Below are positions 1 to 13,012 of a DNA stretch of 64,000 nt, piece after piece (the stretch's first letter is position 1; the number at the start of each line of letters is the position of its first letter). The notes beneath the pieces are model-generated. The model was not told where the DNA came from. It saw nothing but the letters and a program-made list of their open reading frames with translations, and ran no database searches. This stretch comes from Paraphysomonas bandaiensis. Taxonomy: Eukaryota; Protista; Chrysophyceae. The position numbers and the translations under genes were made by a program. The stretch is taken from NCBI GenBank assembly GCA_965644295.1, contig CBFFRP010000097.1, forward strand, positions 1-64,000, written 5' to 3'.

Positions 1-397
1 TTATAATCAATATAGTATTATATACCTGTCACCTTGAAATGCTTGAAAATCATGAACAGCTTAATATGGAAATGTTTTCTGTTGAATGTCTACATGACAA
101 CAATGAAAGAACAGATGAAACATATTAAATCACTGGACTATATAGAGCCAGGTAAATACAAACGCTGAACTGATAATTGCATATATCGCATGAAAGTGCG
201 CAATGCAGATTAAGATAATCAGTGCCTCTATAATAGTAGGGCAGCAGAGTTAAAACTCTGATTGTGAGGCTGTTCTACCTGTGGAACAAAGCCAGCACTA
301 TTCCATACTAGTGAAATAAAAGAGATATATATGCCTGCCTTTTATAATGATAAGGGGCTAAAATATGATATGCCTGCCATAAATAGGGGGCAATAAA

Positions 398-1290
398 CTA
401 TACTCTTTCCTGGGGCTGTTGCGATGATGTTCCCGTCGTATTGAAGGAACGACCTTCAGTCTGAGGGGTCATATCGAAAGCCGGCTGTAACGCGATTTCT
501 GAGGTAGCTGGCTCGTTGGCTGCTCCAACAGATTTCTCGTCATGCACAATAACATCGGGTTCGGAACTAGGTTTAGAGGGGTCATTCCCGTCGGTATCAT
601 CCTCGTGGTTAAGTTCATCGTCGGATTTATCATAAATCCGCTCCCGTGCTTGGAAAGGTAAAAGAATGCTGAATGAATTGAACATCCGTAGTATCTAGAA
701 CCATATAACTATACATGTCCTGAGATATCACAATATTGGGAGGGGATACTGCTCTCAACCATAATATATACTGGACGGAAGAGATCAGCACTCAATAATT
801 CATCAGATAGATAAATATAAAGACATAAGTCCTGATTGAAGTGCTCTACTGTAAGCCGATATACATGATACGCCAAACAGAGCAACAACAAATGGTGTAT
901 AACCATTATATCTGATACATCACCAGAGAAAGAAGCAGACGAAGATAATAATCCATATATAATATATATATGCTGCTGATGAACAGAGCAACATCCTCTG
1001 GGAACACGTATTGGAGTACAAGCTGGTGTACAGTGAAACCCTTGTGGATAAGATAAAGCAATCACCATCGTCGAACTCTTGATAAATAACTACTCTCGTT
1101 GAATAAAGAGAAGAGAATCCATGCTCTCAAACACAACTGCTGTGCGAGGCTAACATATAGCTCATAACAAGCGATCTCTTACTGCAGGGTTGACTTCCTG
1201 AGAAGGCGAATAGTAGTCATCGAAAGAATATTCACAGCCATCAACATGAAGTCTAACCACTCCTGGTGTATCACCGGACAAAGCGTCTCA
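398..1290 (-). pseudogene. Possible decayed membrane-protein gene
   Basis: The frame of ORF 398..685 continues upstream as hydrophobic, protein-like text (YIYYIWIIIFVCFFLW*CIRYNGYTPFVVALFGVSCISAYSRALQSGL) broken by several in-frame stops. No family recognised. Confidence 0.25.
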
Positions 1291-1929
1291 AGGTGTCAAA
1301 ATCAGCACACATGGTGGAGACAAGTCATCAAAATCAGACTGGCTGGAATGGACATGTGCATTAGTGTATACACTGTCATCTCCGCCAAAGTCATATAATA
1401 CACACTGCAGGAACACAAACAAGGAACAGACAGACTGTCGATTTGTTTTCAGTGCCCAAAATGCATATTCTCCGGAAATATTCTCTTTAAAAAAACGATT
1501 TTCGAGTTTGAACAAAGGTACATATTTTCCGGAAATTGATTCCTAAAAACCCCGGATTTTCGAGTTTTCGAGAAACAGCAGAGTTCAAAGGAAGCACATC
1601 GTGTATTTCGTCTGTGTACAGATGACAGGCTTGTTTCATATGTTGATGCCGTCATTCCACCAGTGATGTGGAGGCGAACAAACAAATAAATAAGGTTGGT
1701 TATCGTAACCATCTGCTACCAAGTTAAAGTATGAAGTACTTTAGAGGAGAAAAGGTATATTATATATTAAGGACAACTGATGTAAACATGTCAATGTGTG
1801 ATGACAATGAATGGATATGCATGCATGTGACATACTATCCATTCATTCATAATACGTAGTGCGTATGTGATAGGAAAACTACGGAAGCGAAGTTTACACT
1901 TCAACTTCTATATTACTTTTTATTATAAC

Positions 1930-2140
1930 AATATAAATAATATATAAAGTTATTAATTTTATTTAAGAATATAAATAATATATAAAGTAATTATAACTTA
2001 TTAATAATAAGTTATAAGTTAAACTTACAAAGAGAAGGAATTACAACCGAAGGTTGTAATTGGAAACACTCGAAGAGAAGAGGCCCCTTGAGGGGCATGT
2101 GGGGTAGAAAAGAGGCCCCCCTCGTCCCGCCCCCCGTTTT
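1930..2140. repeat. AT-rich direct repeat plus cluster of short hairpins and a G/C tract
   Basis: AATATAAATAATATATAAAGT occurs twice (1930, 1968). Hairpins: TTATAACTTATTA-A-TAATAAGTTATAA, AATTACAACC-GAA-GGTTGTAATT and GCCCCT-TG-AGGGGC. Followed by CCCCCCTCGTCCCGCCCCCC. Confidence 0.7.
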
Positions 2141-2242
2141 TTATACCAAATATTAAGTTACTACTTCCATGTTAGGCAAGAACAAGTTCTGTGAGTGAAT
2201 GGTGAATGGCACTGATGCAAATAAACAAATCCCACACTGACA

Positions 2243-3240
2243 TCAGACTTGGTTGGATGCCTCGTCGTCATCGGAAAGACTCCCGATATCTGCCACAGCA
2301 GTAGCAACACAATCTGGATGCCTGAGAGTTTCCTGCATAGGTTCCTCAATCTTCATGACAAGCCATGGCTTCGAGTCTCTCCGAACGCATCGACCCACCA
2401 TGACAGCTGAATTTGGGAGAACAGCACGGTATGCTTTCAACTGCCCAATGTAGCCGTTCTCCAATCAAAAGATGGGTTCAAAGCTCCCTTTCGGAGTAGC
2501 TGTTGCAACACTTCGTTGTTACCATGGATCCACGGTGCCTGCGATAATTGTGTTGATAATTCCTTGACGACCTTGCCCTCAGTCAGGTGGAATCTTTCCA
2601 TGACAGCCTTCTTGTCACAAAAACCAGTCTGGTAAGGAACGCCATAACCCTCTGAGGCACGATCGTAAGTAGAAGCCTCAACGCAAACATCAAAGAGCGC
2701 TTCCTTCCGCACTTCAGGATATACATCCCACGCAAAGCAGGAAGGCCTTCAACCGCGTAATCTTTGACTGCCTTGACAATGCCCCTCAAAGGTGCAAGGA
2801 ATGGCATTGTGGATGAACTACCATTAGTAGTGCTCCCAGTAGGGGAGAGGGCGCTCAGGACCTGGTTCACCTTACGCTTCATAGGAACGGATGCCGGTAA
2901 ACACCCTCCTGCTCTATCGCTAAACAAGATCCAACTAGATTGCGCTTGATATGACCATTACGGACCATACTGGACTTCATAGCGTTTTTATCTTGCCCTT
3001 TCTGGGGTGTTCGCTGCCCCATTGAGATGCTGGGGAAATGCTGCAACATGAGCTTATCGAGGTCGTTTGGACCCTATAGCTGCACAGCAGGTGCATTATA
3101 CGAGGCTTCAATGTTAATAATACTCTAATAGACTCATATGCGACCCTTCGAGAGTCTATCGGGGGCTCTCCAGCTGCCTGTACTCGCAAGACTGAGTGAT
3201 CTTCGAATTCTTGGGGGCTCCTTCGAATTCGCTCCCCCTG
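2243..3240 (-). pseudogene. Frameshifted, intronless coding relic of unknown family (possibly from a mobile element or virus)
   Basis: GC-richer block in which overlapping minus-strand ORFs (2977..3258, 2583..2927, 2437..2712, 2243..2464) hand over from frame to frame, as a single gene with frameshifts would. Confidence 0.35.
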
Positions 3241-3397
3241 AAAGTAAAAGAACACCAATCAAAAATCTGTAAACGTCACCGTGTCCGCCACAGCAACTTT
3301 AGTGTACCTGAAGTTCAAGTGTAAAGTAGCGACCTGCCTGTGTCCGTATCTATGCATACAAGTAGAAGTGAAGGCTGGAAAAGAAGTGTGCTCTGTT

Positions 3398-3602
3398 TCA
3401 AAAAACTGCCATACTAACATACACTTTCAAAAAAATCCATCAAAAACCTGCCATACTAACATACATACTTCCTACGCCTGGAATATCAACAAAATAAAAC
3501 TGAAATATCAGATTTTTACCGTACGTGAAATTATCATGGCACACTGAATACCGGAGATTTCTATGTAGAATACAGTAGAATTCCGGAGATTTCTACGTAG
3601 AA
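3398..3602. repeat. Two pairs of short direct repeats
   Basis: TCAAAAA(A/C)CTGCCATACTAACATACA at 3398 and 3440; CCGGAGATTTCTA(T/C)GTAGAA at 3551 and 3583. Confidence 0.7.
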
Positions 3603-5316
3603 ATCGTATGCAAAAGATACAAGGTTGTATCTGTATGATATATGTGATCTGCGTAGAAACCATATTCACTTTAATATCGAACCTACATTGAATATCTTGT
3701 CTGTATTTAATACCATGGGTCCTCTCAGATGATACTTCTCCTGCTACATCTCGAGCTTCCTCCTCATCGACTTCAAGAACGTCTCTCATTCTCTTAATTC
3801 ATGCCAAAACAAAGGCAATGTATACTGGCAAAGTGAGGCATATGACGTAGTGCTTTTGTTCTCATTATCCTGAAAGGTTGGATGATGAAGATAAGCTGAT
3901 AATTTCTGCCAACAAAGACCGAGTGATGGAGTTCTTTGGGGTTCAGTGCAATACAGCTAACGACCGGAAGAAATTATATGGACCAAATGATATACCCAAT
4001 GACAGGAGGACCTCTACAGTGCATTACATGTTAAAGGCTATAGTGCATTAGTGTGAAGACTTTGTGGGACCTCTGACATTTTGGTAATCGACAAGAAGGG
4101 ATCCAACCATATCGGCTTTTATGTGGACTTCAAGCTTTGACAAAAGCTGATAGGGATGATTCTCATCTACGTGCAAGAAAGACAATAGAATTCTTTCTTA
4201 AACGAGCATGGGAGTGTACTGAAAGCGATTCCAATCTTGTATTAAGCTGAATCCTAATACGCCCCCTCAATGAAATAATCAGTGAACTGTAGATAATAGA
4301 GAGAATATGAACTATACACACTGAGAGTAAAAACCAGAGTAGCTGTCACTAGTCAATAAAAACTGCAGAGGTGCCATATTGTGAGGCCATCCTTCTAGTC
4401 CAGCATCATGTATTTGTAAGCTGAATCCTATAGTTTGGTAGAGTATATGAAAGTGCTTTGAAAGAATTGTATCGGGAGTTAGGAATGGAATGTAAGGATG
4501 TTGGTAATTTCAGTTATGGCAGTGTTCTAGGTTCTAGTAGTAGAGGTAAGCGAGTACTATTCAATATTATACTAAGTAGTAATAATATACGCAGTATGTA
4601 TGTCTACTACAGTATATATATTATTTGCACTTGAAATATATGTAAATTTTTGACTAAGAAAGTTGATTGTATATAAGCCAGCTACGAAAACCACTGTTAG
4701 ATATATATTAGGGTCTATTTTCAAGTTTCAAGATATTCGTAGTTTCCAGAAAATTAGGGAAATAAAGCAATACAGAGGTACTGTGACTAATTCAGAAGAC
4801 CTTGGCCACTGTGGTGTACCAGCGCGTGTGAATGGCAATCAGAAGAGGGCACGTAGTTCACTCAGTTAAGTAAACAATAACCAAATCCTCCTTCCTTAAT
4901 ATACGTGAAATAAGAATAGGTGAAGTGGCACGCTATCATCATAATATAACTAATATTTGTTATTTTACGGCGGGTATGTACGTGTGTGCCTGTCTCAAGG
5001 GGTGTATATGTGTATGTATGTGAGAGGGTATGTAGCTCTATTAACAGTCACCCTCACATACATACAAGAACCTGGATCGCTTCAGAGCAGAGGTTGAAAG
5101 AAACACGACGGTGAAGAAGATATTCTTCTGTTTCTGGTGTGGATATCATCTCCTTTCATGGCACTTTTGATAGTTTAAAGTAACATATGAAGAGATGCGT
5201 TATATGATACATACACACTTCACATAATACAACACCGTATTCCAAAAACACACATCTACAACCGACACAAACTGAAAAGTATACATGAGTGTGACAGAAT
5301 TTCACGTACTCCCGCA

Positions 5317-6103
5317 TTGTATATATCTTATCTGTCATTATGCCAGCCTACATCACTCCTCATAAACGATGCAAATCCTTTTAGAACACTTACCCAGTGT
5401 TGGACACGTAGATATGGTGAACCGGGACACGCCGGTCCAATGGTGTTCTCATCATCTAATGGTCTGGGTATGGTCGGTCGCCCTCATATCATTTGCAACT
5501 TCCCCACACAATCAATACAAGAAACATTCCAATTCAAGAGTAAAAATGATACTTTGAATGTAGCTGTAGGGTGTGAATCCGATTATGATACTGATCAATA
5601 TGGTGATCCGACAACAGGTATACAGATGCACCTCTGGTGTGACGGGATAATCACTTTTAGAACTTGTCCAAGTGATAATGAGCATCATGTGCTCTTTCGT
5701 AACTTTACCTGTGAAATCAATTAAGGATAGTCGATTTCGATTCGATGTACAGCTGCAGACTGAGTGGGAGAATTGTATTTCAATGCATATTGTTGAACAG
5801 CTGGAAGGTGATGTGGATGGATATGATACTGGCCCCGTTGTTATATCAGTACCTGCATCTAAGAGGCCTAATGGTAGAGGTGTTGCCGTTATTTATAATC
5901 GCGAGAAGGGGTATTATTCAACTCTTGAGTGTTTGGTGTTAGATGGACTAGACATGACGTCATCAGTCCTTGACCTTCTAACATCGGGAACAAATACTTA
6001 TAATGGACTTCTCTCGCAACAGGAGGAAGAAAATGACACTTTTGATTTGCATATCGATATTAATCCGGGTATCGATATTAATATCGAAAATGTTACTAAA
6101 TGA
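5317..6103 (+). pseudogene. Hypothetical protein split over overlapping frames (frameshifted or spliced)
   Basis: Overlapping ORFs 5317..5724 and 5672..6103 have globular, beta-rich composition and an acidic tail. No family recognised. Confidence 0.3.
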
Positions 6104-6337
6104 GTGGCTAAATGTTTTGATGTTTTGATATAACTAAAATATTTCATACAAATATTTTCTGTCTACAACAAATTTTCTGATGTGTCAAATTTAAAATAGC
6201 TTTTAGTAGTGAATATTCAAGCCAACACAATCGGTCAAGAATGTATGGAGAATATTACATTGTGTAATCGGTTCGAAACTAATTCTCTAGGTATGAGATC
6301 GATCCATGAAACTTGAAAGAAACAAAAAAAAATTAAA

Positions 6338-6600
6338 ACCATGTCGTCATTTTAATTCTAATAATTTTGGAACGCATCTGGTTATATATTGTGCGGAATA
6401 TTATTCAACCTAATTGGTTGAAATTTAATTGGTTGAAATAGCTAGTCAACATTTTTTGGTAAAGTAATAAAAGATTCAATCAAGTCAATTGTGGTATAAA
6501 ACATTTTTTACACATTGTGACTATATATAAGATATCTGCTCATACCACATAACCTCTTAATGGCTTGCACAGTCATATAATTGTAATGCTTCAACCACTT
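6338..6600. repeat. Diverged dispersed repeat, family A (copy 1)
   Basis: Shares ATATTATTCAACCTA, CTAGTCAA and a TAAGATA...ACCACA...ATGGCT block with 33481-33680. Confidence 0.45.
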
Positions 6601-7630
6601 GACGAGGTTTTTACACTTATTTTGGTGTGACTAAAAACTTACACCAATTAGACTAGGTCCAGTTTGGTGCGTGCTTTCTTGTGCTTCGGTTGCCTTTACC
6701 TACGCAGATGAATGGGAAACTCCTTATACGTCTTGCTCGTATCATGCAGTGAACTCCATTCATCAACAACTACATCAACAAACATACTCGGTAGCAAATT
6801 AATAATGATATTAGCGATCACTTCATAAATCTCCTACGAATATTTCATTATATCACTTAATAAGAACTACTGGGACAAACCAGAAAACTCTGTTCACTTT
6901 TCTAAGATAAGAGAAGATTATAATAAATATAATAAACTATATATCACGTTATCTCTACTACCACTCATTTCTAGTACGATCTTACATCGTCATGATATCA
7001 CTTCTCATAATACAGCTCATCACTACTGTATTCTCCAGTAACCGTCATAATTCCAATATCTTAGAATTACAGCTTTTAATTGCTTTGACAGCAAAACTCA
7101 ACACGTCATCATGTAGGCCGTGGTGATTGCATTGCCGTATCACAATGCTACTCTGCATCTCTTCATACACCTAATGTTTTTTCGTAAATATTTCTTATAT
7201 TCTAGACCAATAATAGATCCCATATTTTGCATGATGTGTAAGAATGATAGAAGGTCCTAGAGGACTGCAAGACTGGACACACTAGACTGCTGGAGGGGGT
7301 GGTCTCTAAATATTTTTCTTTTTTTAAGCTATATTATTTTAACTCTTGTAAATTGTATCTAAAAGGGTCGTGTACAAATAGAACGAAAAAGATACCCGGA
7401 TCATTTTTCTTATTGTAATGCTATTCCATTGACGTTAATGCATAGTATTTATATGTACCTTACATACTGACCACTATTACACTACAAAATTACTAGCTAG
7501 GTCAGAATAATAGATCAAGTAGTATTACTTACAAATCTACTAATCAGCAATGAAGGATTCAGGTGCAAATATTCCCAAATTCGGCACACAGCTGCACGAA
7601 TCGAAACTCTCATTGTACAACAGTAGACAT

Positions 7631-9184
7631 CTACAAAGGAATGTCGTCAACAACTTTAAAGTCACGCAGGTAACAAGGCAATTCTATTTTTGCCCCATTG
7701 AGATGGTCCAAGCCTTCACCAGAGTAAGAGAGTAGTGGCGATACCTCACAGTCCTTTCTGCCTGTCCCCTTCGATACATACACTTTCGCCCCAGCATTTG
7801 TCAGCCATCTTACCGACTGACGAGAGATAAGATCGCGGGCGGTGTCTGGCGAGTCAGAGGCAGACCCAGGGGCATTTTTAACCGGAGCAAATTCTTCTTC
7901 TCTGGATACTTCCATTACTGTCCACGTGTCGGCAAGAGGGAAAACATCGAATATAAACATTTCCAGTTTGACTCCATTATTCTCAGTTGGTTTTTCAGTG
8001 GAACCTGTTGTTGTGTTTAAGAAAGGAATTTTCTTGTGGGCTACATGGTATGTGTTCCCAATGCTAGGAAGAACCTTATCGCGTAGAAATGCAAGGCTAA
8101 AATAGTGATTGCATATGTTCGCGGCACTGAATATTAATTTCCCGTCCTCATCTGCTCCCGTCATGGAAGGAGGAAGCTCAGAATATTCAACCACACACAT
8201 GCGTCCAGCACGCTGAGCTGTTACACCCACCTTTTCCTCAGGCCCCGCACGATGCACGACCTTATTGGCTAGCTCTACCCCACGCTCAATGCAGACGCCA
8301 ATAAAAGCAGGGTCCGCAGACCGAGTAAGAACATTATCAATACCATACACATGTACATGACGAACACCCATAGAAGTCATCAGGTCAACGGATCCTGAAA
8401 CACGCAGTGCTTGATATATACCACCATTACCGTCAGGAGCCATAGCAAGTCCCTCGCGGCTCTCAACAATCAACTTTCCTTCGGGAGTGAGGCATGGAAC
8501 CAGTGCCTGCTCGAAGAAATGAACAAGCTCGGAGGGATATTCGAAGTAATTGTTATCGTTAAAGTACTTCCGAATGATAGAGTCGTTAGCACTGCTGGTC
8601 ATGATAAATACTGGCAACGATGCATTTCCGCCAGCCAAAAGACGTACTTTCTGAAGCCGCTCCATATGGAGCTGGAAAATACTTTTATCGGATAAAAGAC
8701 CGATACTGTACATGCCTTTCGGACCAGCGTATCCCAGTCTGGTACCCTGTCCCCCGCTCATTATGACTGCCGCCACGTGACCCTGCCGTATTGCTTCCAG
8801 TCCCAACTCCTGTACTGCACTCCTTGTGGATGAATCGGTGCTTTCCCATTCAAAAACATCATTTACGGGTTCAAGTGCTTCTTGAGAACTACTGGTTTCT
8901 CCGGCCTCCTTTGCAGCACGAAACCGCTCTAGGACAACAGCCATATCAAACGAAGTCAACTGAGAAGAAGCTCATCACAAATACTTATGAATATATACAC
9001 AAACCAATACGAACCTGTTTATAGATCGTATCTTCAACAGTCATATCCGGGAATATCTCGAATATATGTTCCTGTCCATTGCTTGCAAGGTTTTGCTTTA
9101 ACTCGGATAGAAGAGAATCCTTATAGCAATAGCAGTTAGCTCTCAACGGATGTGATATTACCACAGGTGTACCTGCGAAGCCAT
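7631..9184 (-). CDS. UAP1: UDP-N-acetylglucosamine pyrophosphorylase (3 exons: 9184-9173, 9119-9015, 8959-7631)
   Basis: Motifs MSGGQGTRLG..GPKG, FFEQ, APDGNGG, DNVL, VEYSE, ANICNHYF, KLEMFIFDVF, EEFAPVKNA and EVSPLLSYSGEGL. Upstream GT-AG exons give MASQ|DSLLSELKQNLASNGQEHIF. Confidence 0.96.
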
Positions 9185-9653
9185 GATCTATTGAAAGAGA
9201 TGTGGGACTTGACGTATGGAGACTTGATGTGATACTAGAGATTGTTTGTAGTTGTATATATATGCAACAGGCGCTAGAGGTATCTCATATACTGCCTGTG
9301 CTGTTGGTATATCTACATACGCACACGGCATCATGACTGTTGACCAGAGTACACCGTCCCTACTATACGTGCGTATAGCTGTGAGGAAATCCATATATCA
9401 AGATATACGTATACATGTATACCATGCGTATACGGTAGGCAGAAGACTACACACCAAACTGTCTGCTGCTGTATGCCGCCTACATATACAACAACAGGAA
9501 TGCCAAGAATATACAGACATGTATGTGTCGGAGTGAAGGTACAGCGGCAGTATATGGGTGTGTATGTACATTAGCGCACGGATCATATTGATTTATAATC
9601 TACAACACCAGCGATAGATCAGGGAATATCTCTACTCCTTCTAATCGTGAAAT

Positions 9654-10324
9654 ATGTCAGATGATCCTATGAGATATGTGTATTTTCGCATTGAAAATGA
9701 GTCGATCCCGGAGGAGTTTATGCTGCCTTCCTCTGTGAACGATCTCTTAGCGGTAACACTGTTCTGCTCTCTCATTTATAGTATAATAACACATGCTATC
9801 AGATGAAAGTAGAAGTACCGACGTTTGATGGCGCAAAAAAAGTGAGTTTGTTATTATATTTCTGTTTACTGTCCGTGTGACTGTATTTTCTAGTTGGTCG
9901 ATAAATACAAATCTCTATCCAGAGAAAATTCCTATGAAAGATCGCAAATACGCATCACTGACATGTAATATTTGACAATGCTATACAATATGTTTGAGTT
10001 GTGATAGTTTACCTTTTCAGCGGGTACGGGAAGTCTACGACCACTGCTACAACAGATGAGTCCAAGTACAGCACAGAGGAAATTGATCAACCACCCAAAG
10101 CGCAGGTAATTATTGGAAATTTTAATAGATATCTTTGCTTAACGCTACACCAGCTCGTGAGGCAGGGATCCGCGTCTGTGGTAGAGGAATTTAATCACCG
10201 AAAACAGCTTGTTGAGACTATGATGCGCCGTACAAATCAAGATCAGAATGTCTGTCATTTTTATTTGGAATCAGCCGATTGGGATATTGAAAATGCAATT
10301 CATATGTATGGTAGCTTTTCGTGA
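9654..10324 (+). CDS. Small multi-exon protein with a C-terminal UBA-like (TAP-C/UBA_4-type) domain
   Basis: ATG at 9654 (MSDDPMRYVYFRIENESIPEEF...), several GT-AG introns. C-terminus LVETMMRRTNQDQNVCHFYLESADWDIENAIHMY matches the UBA-like YLE..xWD.xxA pattern. Confidence 0.65.
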
Positions 10325-10604
10325 AAGTAGTGATCCGCTATAATGCCGTGGTGAAGTGAAAATATGTAGCAGTATGATTTAGGCGACCTGTAAATATAAT
10401 ATCCGTTCAGATACCCAGTATTGTACTAAGTAGCTATGTTGCTATGTTGACATGAAACGTACGCGTTTAGATATAAAGCCACAACATTCAGGACAAGTGC
10501 TGAATAATACACATTGACGGAATGCTTCAGTTGTGAATTTCGTATTATTAGCAATAGGCATATAAGAGTCAGAACTAATGCAATGTTGATATAGTACCTG
10601 ACAT

Positions 10605-10756
10605 CTGCTGACTTCAGGTTTGTATTCTTTAAAGTGAGCAGCACGGGTGGTTAACTTCAACAGGAAGTCCAATACCCCAGTTACCTTTCAGGTGGGCTCT
10701 GTCCCAGATGTCTCTGAGATGGGCCCACTTCCGGATGCCTGTTTATTCGTCAAGGC
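10605..10756 (+). ncRNA. Candidate structured RNA (consecutive hairpins), identity unknown
   Basis: Stems: CTGCTGACTT/AAGTGAGCAG (10605-10641); ACTTC-AACAG-GAAGT; AGGTGGGCTCTGTCCCAG/CTGAGATGGGCCCACTT (10690-10730, with G-U pairs on the + strand); TGCCT/AGGCA. Confidence 0.3.
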
Positions 10757-11522
10757 ACAAAGACGTCTACACAAAAATTCGGTATGAGTGTACAGAACAA
10801 CGACTTCTGACTGTATTTGCGGCTCACGTTAGTTTCCGGAACGTATTTATTATTCCCCAGAACATCACGAAAAAATGCGAGGGTGGAATGCTTCACGTAT
10901 CACGTACGAATGTAGGATGCATGATACATGTAAGAATTAAGAATTTTGAAATTCCCGCACCTTACACTCCACCTCCTCGAAACCCTCCGGACAAACTATC
11001 TCCTCTTCTTTCGTCTCTGATACCTTGCCATCACCTTGTTTCCACTCACACTCTCTGCCTCAGTCTTTGCAGTAACTCGTAACTCAGACACCAAGAGCAG
11101 TCGACAATGTGTATAGATCTATCAGTACTCGACCTTGGTGACTGTAGTTCTGTTGCACAACCCCACACTCCTCAATCAGATTTTGCCTCTCTTGTACCAT
11201 CACACAACCTCTAGACTCCCTGCTGCTGGATTTACCGGATTACCTCGTACCCACTGGTGTCCAACTATCCCCTTTCTTCCATGTGTTCTCTGCTACTGGC
11301 TAAGACAACAAAAGAGCCAATTGCAATGCTTCTCTACAATAAAACATACCTTTTGCAAGACCTTCACTCATATACCTCAGAGCCACTTGGCACAATGCCT
11401 AAGGGAAGGCCATCAGTTTGACAAACGGAGGATTATATATTGCTGCTTGTCCTGGTGCCTGCTGTGAGGCACAGAAGGCAGTCCCCGTTGCAAAAATGTA
11501 TGTTTAGGTATATAAGCGTTCC

Positions 11523-11811
11523 AGTGTGGTAGTAGACATAGATCACTGCTTTCACTTGTCATGCTGTCTGTTGTACAACGTCCCCTACATACGACATACA
11601 CATCTATAAATATAGCGAGAGTGGTCGCACCTCGGTGCTTGCGTCGGCATACAAGCAGTTCTCGTAGCGCTAGCTAAATAGTAAGACATCAGAGTTTATA
11701 CTAGTTAGCAAGTGGTTGATGCTTATCTAGCTTGAATAGTTTGTCATCTAGCTACTAATCTGGTTTTGACTCTTGAACGCCTATTGCTAAATAAACAGAC
11801 ATTTACTACTA
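11523..11811. repeat. Dispersed repeat, family B (copy 1)
   Basis: Collinear blocks shared with 19044-19245: TAGATCACTGCTTTC, ACATCTAT.AATATAGC, ATCAGAGTTT..ACTAG, GATGCTTATCT, TCATCTAG.TACTAATCTGGTT. Confidence 0.75.
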
Positions 11812-12093
11812 GCTTCGGCGGAGAAAATGCAGGGTTTCATAAATAGTAACTTATCTAAATATTGTTATAAAGGCAACAACTTGATGATAGTAATGCAAGT
11901 AATGCATTCAGCCGTCGAGCCGAACAAGAAGTACCGGAATATGAGCGCTAGAATATAGCACGATTTCTAAAGCTCAGAGATCTGTATTAAAGTAATGCGC
12001 GGATACCAGAGAGATACATTGCGGGATCAACAAACTAACTGAATGAATATCACATTCTGCGCACATAACCAATACACCAATCCCTATTTTTTA

Positions 12094-12659
12094 TTACTCT
12101 ATCAACTTAGCATCCTTGAACATTTTTTCCAACTCGCCCTCCTTGAACATTGTAGTGACAATATCACACCCGCCAATGAATTCACCGTTAACATATAGCT
12201 GGGGAATAGTAGGCCAATCCCTGGACGGCACATCGCCATTATAAGTTAACCACAAAATATTGAGGACTTACGAATATAACTTGATTCCTTCTCTGATAGC
12301 AGGGTATTCCAATACATTCACAGAGGAGAAGTCTACCCCAATCGCGTTCAAGATACGAACGGTTTGCAAGCTGAAACCACACTGCGGTTGTGAAGGCGTC
12401 CCCTTCATATAGAGCATCACCTGATTCTCTTTGACTTGCCGATCGATTAAATCAGACACTTCTTCCATTCCTATATAACCATATTACATAAATTTACACA
12501 AGATCAATAAAATTCATGACCTTCTGGGATATTCTTGCGCTTAGGCTTGAAGTCATCATGACTATCACTGCAGAAGCTTCTGGAGACAGCGTTTCTGATA
12601 ACAGAATGTCTCACACAACTAATTCCTCTTGAGATTCTTGAAATAGGTGTTAAAAACAT
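12094..12659 (-). CDS. GRX5: Mitochondrial monothiol glutaredoxin (CGFS type), 3 exons
   Basis: [21 protein letters not shown]|[21 protein letters not shown]-terminal Arg/Ser-rich presequence [29 protein letters not shown] followed by SHDDFKPK. Confidence 0.95.
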
Positions 12660-12822
12660 TATGATTCGAATACGAAGTGATTAAATTGTTATATATTTTA
12701 CTATATGAGTTAGAGTGTTATGTGGACATCCACGCAGAGAAGTTCAGGCTGCGATTCCTTAACATGAATGCCACATATAACACACACCACTACAAATGCA
12801 GAATACCGCTGTGTAGGACATC

Positions 12823-13012
12823 ACATACATACATACGTACATACATACCTACATACATACATACATACATACGTACATACATACATACATACATACATAC
12901 ATACATACATACATACATACATACATACATACATACATACATACATACATACATACATACATACATACATACATACATACATACATACATACATACATAC
13001 ATACATACATAC
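12823..13012. repeat. (TACA)n microsatellite
   Basis: About 190 bp of near-perfect tetranucleotide repeat upstream of GRX5. Confidence 0.98.

Noticed and set aside
1465-1565. Recurrent CCGGA(A/G/T) motif in spacers
   Set aside because: May be a transcription-factor site, but it is too short to establish enrichment without counting.
3840-4250. Decayed coding-like sequence on the + strand
   Set aside because: Too fragmented to call.
6265-6285. GGTTCGAA T-loop-like motif (also at ~31574)
   Set aside because: No cloverleaf or acceptor stem, so not a tRNA.
10310-10330. TGA stop followed by downstream hairpins as a possible selenocysteine/SECIS system
   Set aside because: No redox motif around the TGA, another stop two codons later, and no AUGA/AA/GA SECIS core in the stems.
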